A DNA stretch of 32,000 bases from Candidatus Syntropharchaeum caldarium (GTDB lineage Archaea; Halobacteriota; Syntropharchaeia; Syntropharchaeales; Syntropharchaeaceae): the NCBI GenBank assembly GCA_001766815.1, contig LYOS01000002.1, positions 294,577 through 326,576 on the forward strand, written 5' to 3'. Below the pieces are notes generated by a model, which did no database searches, was not told the DNA's origin, and saw only the letters and a list, made by a program, of their open reading frames with translations. The position numbers and the translations under genes are program-made. Numbering within the stretch: position 1 is the first letter of the stretch; each line of letters opens with the position of its first letter. Shown here piece after piece: positions 15,207-21,843 of this stretch.

Positions 15207-16022
15207 ATGAAAAAGACAAAAACAGCAATGGTACTTGTGGTGAGTATAGCGTTGCTTACGGTGATGACAGGGACAGCGATGGCAGCATACACGATTGACG
15301 GTGATCTCGATGATTGGGGTGTCCATCCCCCTGGCAGCTGGTACGCCAGCTCTCCTGCCAAAAGTGCAGTTGAGAACTGGGGCGATGGTCCCAATTCCGA
15401 TAGTATCAGTCCAGGTATAGAGGAATGCGATATCGAAGCGATGTACGTGGATGAAGATGTAAGTGGTCCGTATATTTATATAGCGATCATCACATCGATG
15501 CCACCAGAAGGTGTTGATTATGCCTGTGGCAGTGGTTCAATTCACCTTATATCTGGAGATCTTGCACTGGACTTCGACAACGATGGTATCTATGAGTATG
15601 GTGTAAAACTGACAGATGATAGTAGAACTGTGCCAGGTGATATAGGAGATGTATTCAGTAATCCAACGTGGGTTAAGATCACCACGCACTGCGCCCAGTC
15701 GCAGTTAGCCTTCAGTAACATCGATAGTGGTACAAAGACGGGACATGCAACGATCGTTTACACAAACTACGCAGACTGGTCATGGGATAACGGTGCAGCC
15801 AACTATGTTATCGAGATGAAGATTCCAAAGTCAGCACTTGGAATCTCCACAGAGGGCGAAGTTGACCTCTGCGCCACGGTGAGCTGTACAAACGACGTGA
15901 TAACGATCAAAGACTTTCACTACACTGAAATACCAGAATTCGCGACAATAGCACTACCACTTGCTGCAACAATCGGGCTGTTCATCTACTTTGACAATAG
16001 ACGCAAGCGCGAAGAAGAGTAA
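15207..16022 (+). CDS. Secreted PEF-CTERM sorting-signal protein 2 (mature domain begins AYTIDGDLDDWG, a CBM9/DOMON-like start motif; function unknown)
   Basis: A GGAGGTGA Shine-Dalgarno sequence at 15196-15203 precedes the start. The signal peptide is MKKTKTAMVLVVSIALLTVMTGTAMA. The C-terminus is PEF-ATIALPLAATIGLFIYF-DNRRKREEE. Confidence 0.85.
   Translation: MKKTKTAMVLVVSIALLTVMTGTAMAAYTIDGDLDDWGVHPPGSWYASSPAKSAVENWGDGPNSDSISPGIEECDIEAMYVDEDVSGPYIYIAIITSMPPEGVDYACGSGSIHLISGDLALDFDNDGIYEYGVKLTDDSRTVPGDIGDVFSNPTWVKITTHCAQSQLAFSNIDSGTKTGHATIVYTNYADWSWDNGAANYVIEMKIPKSALGISTEGEVDLCATVSCTNDVITIKDFHYTEIPEFATIALPLAATIGLFIYFDNRRKREEE
15933..16019 (+). other. PEF-CTERM sorting signal of cargo 2
   Basis: The tripartite tail is the same as in cargo 1. 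By my manual alignment, the DNA differs from 15059-15148 at only 5 of 90 positions. Confidence 0.8.
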
Positions 16023-16179
16023 GGGTTTGAGAGGATCAAGCCCTGTGAATTTTTCATAATTATGTATCGTGTTCATCCCTGAATTGGGGTAACCGTTAAG
16101 ATTATAACTTTATAAAGCTTAGATGGGGGCATGGAGTGGATACATCTCATCTATGCACTGATAATTCTCTGTATACTCG

Positions 16180-16827
16180 ATGCGATCCTCTTTTTCACCG
16201 GGATCTACCATCGATTTGGGCTATGCCAGCGGTTATTTAGCGGCAGGTGGTGCAGGTATCACAGGTGATGGTGTGAGGTTGATTAACATATCGTACATAC
16301 TGCTTATCATATTGTTCGCAGGGATCACACTCAGTGGAGGATGTCTCCAAAAGGATATAAAGACAGAGGAGATAGAAAAGTTCGAGGTGGGTGATATGAG
16401 ACTTACAAGTACCGTCTTTGATTATGGTGGCAGGATACCGCAGAAGTACACATGCGATGGAGAGGACATAAATCCGCCGCTTGTGATTGAGGATGTTCCA
16501 GCAGATGCAAAAACACTGGTTTTGATTGTTGATGACCCGGATGCACCGATGGGCACATGGGATCACTGGATTGTCTGGAATATACCAGTGATTGACAGGA
16601 TCGAAGAAGATAGTGTTCCAGGTACAGTGGGTGTGAATTCATGGGGAAGAAATGACTACGGTGGGCCATGTCCGCCATCCGGGGAACACAGGTACTTCTT
16701 CAAGCTATATGCACTGGATACAACGCTGAATCTTGATACAAACTCGACGAAAAAGGATCTTGAACGGGCGATGGAAGGGCATGTCATCGCACAGACCGAT
16801 CTGATCGGAGTATACTCAAGAGCGTAA
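16180..16827 (+). CDS. PEBP-family protein (YbhB/YbcL, Raf-kinase-inhibitor-like) with N-terminal hydrophobic signal and lipobox-like Cys
   Basis: It contains YTCDGEDINPPL, DDPDAP, WDHWIVWNIP and GPCPPSGEHRYFFKLYALD. The N-terminus ISYILLIILFAGITLSGGC puts the Cys at 16342-16344. The true start may be GTG 16273 or TTG 16279, behind a GGTGAT Shine-Dalgarno at 16264-16269, rather than ATG 16180. Confidence 0.8.
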   Translation: MRSSFSPGSTIDLGYASGYLAAGGAGITGDGVRLINISYILLIILFAGITLSGGCLQKDIKTEEIEKFEVGDMRLTSTVFDYGGRIPQKYTCDGEDINPPLVIEDVPADAKTLVLIVDDPDAPMGTWDHWIVWNIPVIDRIEEDSVPGTVGVNSWGRNDYGGPCPPSGEHRYFFKLYALDTTLNLDTNSTKKDLERAMEGHVIAQTDLIGVYSRA

Positions 16828-16902
16828 TCACCACCAGTGTGGTTACAGCAATGCTAAAATATGTGAACTGACGTACAGAGTGTAACCTAAATCGATTGAG
16901 GT

Positions 16903-18261
16903 ATGATCGTGGATCAAAAGATATTACTAACAGAGGAAGAGATACCGAAGCAGTGGTACAACATTCAGGCAGATATGCCAGAACCGCTCGATCCGATGCT
17001 CCATCCAGAAACACATGAACCTACACAGCTACCACCCTTTTTATTTTCTTCAGAACTCAACCGTCAGGAGTTCAGCAAAGAGCGATGGATCGATATTCCA
17101 GAGGAGATACGTGATGTTTATCGTATATGGCGGCCATCTCCACTGTATCGTGCTACAAGGCTTGAGAAAGCGCTCAAGACTCCTGCTAAGATCTACTACA
17201 AATGGGAAGGGGTTAGCCCACCTGGTAGTCATAAACCAAACACTGCGATTGCTCAGGCTTACTACAACATGAAAGAAGGCATTGAACGGCTTACAACTGA
17301 GACAGGTGCAGGACAGTGGGGGTCATCACTGGCGTTTGCGACAAAACTCTTTGACCTTGAGTGTATGGTGTACATGGTCAGGGTGAGTTACCAGCAGAAA
17401 CCGTACAGAAAGAGTCTTATGCATATATGGGGCGCAGAGGTTGTTCCATCACCAAGCAACAGAACGCAGACTGGACAAAAACTCCTTGAAAAAGACCCTG
17501 ACTCGCCAGGGAGTCTTGGGGTTGCGATCTCAGAAGCAGTCGAGGATGCAGCCACGAACGAAAATTCTCACTACACGCTCGGCTCTGTCCTGAACCATGT
17601 GGTACTGCACCAGACGATTATGGGACTCGAAGCAAAGCAGCAATTTGCAAAGATTGATCTGTACCCTGATGCAATCTATGGTTGTGTTGGTGGCGGAAGC
17701 AACTTTGCTGGTGCAGCCTTCCCGTTTCTGGGCGATAAACTCAGGGGTGAGCGAAAAGATCTGGATGTTGTTGCGTGTGAGCCTGCAGCATGCCCAACAC
17801 TCACGAAAGGGCTGTATGAGTATGACTTTGGTGACTCGGTCGGGCTTGCACCGATTGTTAAGATGTACACGCTCGGTCATGACTTCATACCACCAAAAAT
17901 ACATGCAGGCGGACTGAGATATCATGGCGATTCACCACTTTTATCACGGCTCACAAAGGATGGCTACATACGTGCTGAGGCTTACCATCAAACCGATATA
18001 TTTGATGCAGCCATGCTCTTTGCTCATACTGAAGGTTTTGTAATCGCACCTGAGACCGCACATGCAGTAAAAGGTGTGATCGATGAGGCTAAAAGGTGTA
18101 AAGAGACGGGAGAAGAGAAGACAATCTTCTTCTTGAACTCAGGACATGGACACTTTGATCTCTCATCGTATGATGCATATTTTGAAGGAAAACTCGTGGA
18201 TTATGAATATCCAGCAGAACTTGTAAAGCGGGCGCTTGAGAATTTGCCAAAGGTTGGATGA
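16903..18261 (+). CDS. trpB: Tryptophan synthase beta chain, TrpB2 (long, TrpB-like) type
   Basis: 452 aa. It has the N-terminal extension typical of TrpB2, the PLP-lysine motif GSHKPNTA, and [15 protein letters not shown] and [14 protein letters not shown] Shine-Dalgarno sequence lies upstream. Confidence 0.88.
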   Translation: MIVDQKILLTEEEIPKQWYNIQADMPEPLDPMLHPETHEPTQLPPFLFSSELNRQEFSKERWIDIPEEIRDVYRIWRPSPLYRATRLEKALKTPAKIYYKWEGVSPPGSHKPNTAIAQAYYNMKEGIERLTTETGAGQWGSSLAFATKLFDLECMVYMVRVSYQQKPYRKSLMHIWGAEVVPSPSNRTQTGQKLLEKDPDSPGSLGVAISEAVEDAATNENSHYTLGSVLNHVVLHQTIMGLEAKQQFAKIDLYPDAIYGCVGGGSNFAGAAFPFLGDKLRGERKDLDVVACEPAACPTLTKGLYEYDFGDSVGLAPIVKMYTLGHDFIPPKIHAGGLRYHGDSPLLSRLTKDGYIRAEAYHQTDIFDAAMLFAHTEGFVIAPETAHAVKGVIDEAKRCKETGEEKTIFFLNSGHGHFDLSSYDAYFEGKLVDYEYPAELVKRALENLPKVG

Positions 18262-18265
18262 GTAC

Positions 18266-19261
18266 ATGCAACAATACATCGAGAAGATAACATCGGGTAA
18301 CGATCTCTCGGTCGATGAGGCAGCAGATATGATGGATCAGATCCTGACCTCTGCCACAGACAGCCAGATAGCATCTGTTCTGATCGGTTTGAAGCTTAAG
18401 GGAGAGGCCACATCTGAGATAGCGGGACTTGTAAAAGGGATGAAGGCAAAGTCCAGATCGATCAATCCCGACGTTCCAGTCCTGATCGATACCTGTGGAA
18501 CTGGCGGGGATAGTTCACATACAATCAATATCAGCACCATAGCAGCAATTATCGTTGCATCCAGTGGTGTAGGGGTTGCAAAACATGGAAACTACTCGAT
18601 CACGTCGAAGTGTGGTAGCGCTGACATACTGAAGGCTGCTGGCGTCAGGATCGATCTTGGTCCTGAAGAAGTCACCAGGATGATAGAAGAGGTTGGGTTC
18701 GGGTTTATGCTTGCTCCGATCTTTCACCCTTCGATGAAGCGTGTTGCCCCCATAAGACGTGAGATCGGCGTCAGAACAGTATTCAATATCCTGGGTCCAC
18801 TCACAAATCCCGCAAATGTGAAAAAACAGGTGATTGGAGTCTTTAATCCCGAACTATGCACGAAAATGGCAGAGGTTTTAAGAGAACTCGGATCAGAACA
18901 TGCGCTTGTTGTTCATGGTTCAGGGCTTGATGAGATCACAACAACAGGTCCAACAGATATCATTGAACTTAAAAACGGTGATATTGCATCCTTCAGGATC
19001 ACACCCGAAGATTATGGTCTCAGAAAGGCAAAGCTTGAAGATCTCAAAGGAGGAGATGCTGAATATAACTGTAAGATGATGCTTGAGATATTGAATGGGA
19101 GAAAAGGCTTTATGCGCGATATTGTCCTCTTGAATGCTTCTGCAGGGCTATATATCGGTGGGCAAGCATCGGATATTAAAGAAGGGATCGAGATCGCTGA
19201 GAACCTCATTGACGAAGGGCGAGGAATCGCAAAACTCAATGAGATGATTGAGTTTGGATGA
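18266..19261 (+). CDS. trpD: Anthranilate phosphoribosyltransferase
   Basis: It contains DTCGTGGDSSHTINIST, KHGNYSITSKCGSADIL and NILGPLTNPA. ATG 18266 (MQQYIEK) is preferred over the ORF-track TTG at 18236. It lies 4 nt after the trpB2 stop. Confidence 0.9.
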   Translation: MQQYIEKITSGNDLSVDEAADMMDQILTSATDSQIASVLIGLKLKGEATSEIAGLVKGMKAKSRSINPDVPVLIDTCGTGGDSSHTINISTIAAIIVASSGVGVAKHGNYSITSKCGSADILKAAGVRIDLGPEEVTRMIEEVGFGFMLAPIFHPSMKRVAPIRREIGVRTVFNILGPLTNPANVKKQVIGVFNPELCTKMAEVLRELGSEHALVVHGSGLDEITTTGPTDIIELKNGDIASFRITPEDYGLRKAKLEDLKGGDAEYNCKMMLEILNGRKGFMRDIVLLNASAGLYIGGQASDIKEGIEIAENLIDEGRGIAKLNEMIEFG

Positions 19262-19914
19262 CTTTTGTAAAAATTTGTGGTATAAAGACGAGAAAGGATC
19301 TTGAGGTTGTGATCGGTGCATCACCCGATGCTGCAGGGTTCATCGTGGAGGTGCCGGTTAAGACACCGCGAAAGATCAGGAGGGAGACGGCAGCATCGCT
19401 TGTCGCATCTGTGCCAGAGGAGATACTCTCTGTTGCTGTTTTGATGCCAGAGAGTGTTGATGAAGCGGTCAGTATACTTGATACAGTAAGGCCAGATATG
19501 GCTCAGATTCACTGTGAGATGGACGTTGATGCTTTAGCCAGGATCAAAGAAGAGACAGGGGTGGATCTCATAAAGGTGATCGGGATTGATGCAGATACAG
19601 ATCCGTATAAGCTGATATCTGACCTCTGTGAGATGGACGGAATCGTTGACTTTATTTTGCTTGATACAAAGACCGCTCTAAAAAGCGGCGGCACAGGAAA
19701 GGTCCATGACTGGAGTATAAGCAGGGTAATCACTGAAAGATCGCCCATTCCAGTCATACTTGCAGGAGGGCTTGATCACCTGAATGTTGCCGATGCAATC
19801 AAGACTGTTGAACCGTTTGGCGTTGATACAGCATCAGGAGTTGAGACCGGCGGTAGTAAAGATCCAGAAAAAGTTAAGAAGTTTGTTACGGCAGCTAAAC
19901 GATTTTCAGACTGA
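19258..19914 (+). CDS. trpF: Phosphoribosylanthranilate isomerase
   Basis: 218 aa. It contains MTFVKICGI, the LLDT...GGTGKVHDW motif and AGGL. It overlaps trpD by 4 nt (ATGA). Confidence 0.88.
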   Translation: MTFVKICGIKTRKDLEVVIGASPDAAGFIVEVPVKTPRKIRRETAASLVASVPEEILSVAVLMPESVDEAVSILDTVRPDMAQIHCEMDVDALARIKEETGVDLIKVIGIDADTDPYKLISDLCEMDGIVDFILLDTKTALKSGGTGKVHDWSISRVITERSPIPVILAGGLDHLNVADAIKTVEPFGVDTASGVETGGSKDPEKVKKFVTAAKRFSD

Positions 19915-20692
19915 AGTCGAGCCAGGGTGCATGATGTGTGATTGCGCCCACAGAAATTATGTCAACACCGCTCTCTGCGTATTCTGTGATGTTCTCAAGT
20001 GTGATCCCGCCCGATGCCTCAAAGAGGATGTGATCCCGCAAACCACGCGCCTCGAGCATCGCCATCGTTTCACGAATCTTATCGGGCGGCATATTATCAA
20101 ACATTATCACGTCGGCCCCAAGCTCTGCCGCCCTCACTGCATCCTCTGGCGCTGAAACCTCAACCTCAACCTTCTTTGTGAAACTCGCCTGCTTTCCGAG
20201 TTCAATCGCCCTTTCAAGCCCAAAAAGCGAGATGTGATTTTCTTTTATCATCACCATATCAGCGAGGTTGAACCGGTGAGGATCGCCTCCTCCTGCAATT
20301 ATCGCACGCTTCTCAAATATCCTGAACCCTGGTGTGGTCTTTCTTGTTCCTGCAATCTTAACGCCACCTGCCCGCTCAACAAAACGCGCGGTGAGTGTTG
20401 CAATACCACTCATTCTTCCAAGGATATTGAGAGAAAGCCTTTCAGCCTTCAAGATCCCACGAGCATCTCCTTCTGCCTCCAGGATCAAATCACCCTTCGT
20501 GATCCTGTTTCCATCCTCAAACCACGTCCTGGCACTGACCCCAAAGTATTCAAAGACCGCAATGGCATCTGATATACCAGAAATCACCCCATTTTCTCTC
20601 ACGGTGACCACAGCTCTTGCTTCGATCTCTGGTAGAAATTCGATGTAACCTGAGAGATCCTCCTCGATAAAACGCTCGATCAGGGCTTTCAT
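19895..20692 (-). CDS. nadC: Nicotinate-nucleotide pyrophosphorylase (quinolinate phosphoribosyltransferase)
   Basis: It contains ERLSLNILGRMSGIAT, GTRKTTPGFR, GGGDPHRFNL and MIKENHI. The ORF opens at ATG 20710. The second ATG at 20692 has GAGGAG about 8 nt upstream and is preferred. Confidence 0.88.
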   Translation of the reverse strand: MKALIERFIEEDLSGYIEFLPEIEARAVVTVRENGVISGISDAIAVFEYFGVSARTWFEDGNRITKGDLILEAEGDARGILKAERLSLNILGRMSGIATLTARFVERAGGVKIAGTRKTTPGFRIFEKRAIIAGGGDPHRFNLADMVMIKENHISLFGLERAIELGKQASFTKKVEVEVSAPEDAVRAAELGADVIMFDNMPPDKIRETMAMLEARGLRDHILFEASGGITLENITEYAESGVDIISVGAITHHAPWLDFSLKIV

Positions 20693-20768
20693 GCATATAT
20701 CTCCTCTCATAGATTCTCCATCATTCTTTTTATAATGTGTAGTTGCTGGCTTCTTTTACATCGTTACC

Positions 20769-20776
20769 TATAATTA
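20769..20776 (+). promoter_or_regulatory. Candidate TATA box (TATAATTA) for tpiA; the spacing suggests a leaderless or near-leaderless mRNA
   Basis: It is about 22-29 nt upstream of ATG 20798, and no Shine-Dalgarno sequence lies in between. Confidence 0.3.
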
Positions 20777-20797
20777 CTGTGAGAACGATCTCTCCAC

Positions 20798-21475
20798 ATG
20801 ACAAAGATAAAGACACCCGTTATTATCCTGAACGTCAAGGCGTACAGCGAGTCAATGGGGGATAAGGGACTTGCTCTTGCAAAAGCGTGTGAAGAAGTGA
20901 CTGAAGAGAGTGGTATAACTACAGTGATCTGTCCACAGCAGTTTGATCTTGGCTTTATCGCCCATCAGACGGATGTTCCCTGTTTTGCCCAGCATATTGA
21001 TCTGAAGGACGTGGGGGGTGCAACAGGATGGGCACTTCCCGAAGCTGCAAAGGCAGCGGGGGCAGCGGGCACGCTCATCAACCATGCCGAGCACCGTCTT
21101 AAGCTGGCCGATATAGATGCACTGATCACGAGATCTCGCGCACTCGGACTTACAAGTGTTCTGTGCACAAACAACATTCAGGTGAGCGCGGCAGGAGCAG
21201 CCCTTAATCCCGATATGATTGCGATCGAGCCGCCTGAGCTGATTGGAACCGGCGTACCTGTATCAAAGGCAGATCCTGATATTGTCACAGGCAGTCTCCA
21301 GCGGGTCAAAGAGATAAACAAAGATGTTGTGGTGCTCTGTGGTGCAGGGATCTCGACCGGTGAGGATGTTAAAGCGGCCATAGAACTTGGCACAGCGGGT
21401 GTGCTGCTTGCATCGGGTGTTGTAAAAGCAACAGATCCAAAAGCAGTGCTTCTCGATCTTGTATCAGGGATTTAA
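20798..21475 (+). CDS. tpiA: Triosephosphate isomerase, archaeal short type
   Basis: 225 aa. It contains ILNVKAY, LINHAEHRL, AIEPPELIGTG and CGAGISTGEDV. Confidence 0.9.
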   Translation: MTKIKTPVIILNVKAYSESMGDKGLALAKACEEVTEESGITTVICPQQFDLGFIAHQTDVPCFAQHIDLKDVGGATGWALPEAAKAAGAAGTLINHAEHRLKLADIDALITRSRALGLTSVLCTNNIQVSAAGAALNPDMIAIEPPELIGTGVPVSKADPDIVTGSLQRVKEINKDVVVLCGAGISTGEDVKAAIELGTAGVLLASGVVKATDPKAVLLDLVSGI

Positions 21476-21527
21476 ACAAGGAATGGAGGAAGAGGAGGAA
21501 AAGGGGTTCAAACCTCCTCTTCACAAA

Positions 21528-21752
21528 TTAAGCCTGATCAGTTCTTGACCGCGGGTAGCCGATGATAACTTCGATGAGCGATTTTTTAAGCCTCACAAGA
21601 TCCCGCTCGATCTCAACAAGATCTGCATCCTCAAGCTTCTGGAGACAGTCAGTACAAAAACTTACCACACCTCCACCGTCTACATCAAGCGTTTTTACAG
21701 GTTTGCCACAGAACAGACAAACCACGTGGTTTGTTTTTGCATCACCAACCAT
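21528..21752 (-). CDS. Small zinc-ribbon protein, unknown function
   Basis: 74 aa. CLFC-x17-CTDC forms a 4-Cys ribbon, followed by a helical acidic/basic tail. It is separated from the upstream operon by 91 nt. Confidence 0.5.
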   Translation of the reverse strand: MVGDAKTNHVVCLFCGKPVKTLDVDGGGVVSFCTDCLQKLEDADLVEIERDLVRLKKSLIEVIIGYPRSRTDQA

Positions 21753-21843
21753 GAATAGAGGTTATCATGTAGAAATATCTAAATCTAATCTACATTAAAT
21801 CCACAGGTTCATGCGCACATTAGGATAAAATATCACAATGTGA

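Noticed and set aside
7222-16827. Possibility that the envelope block is a mobile genomic island
   Set aside because: I could see no integrase, transposase, flanking tRNA or terminal direct repeats. Only the functional clustering is supported, not mobility.
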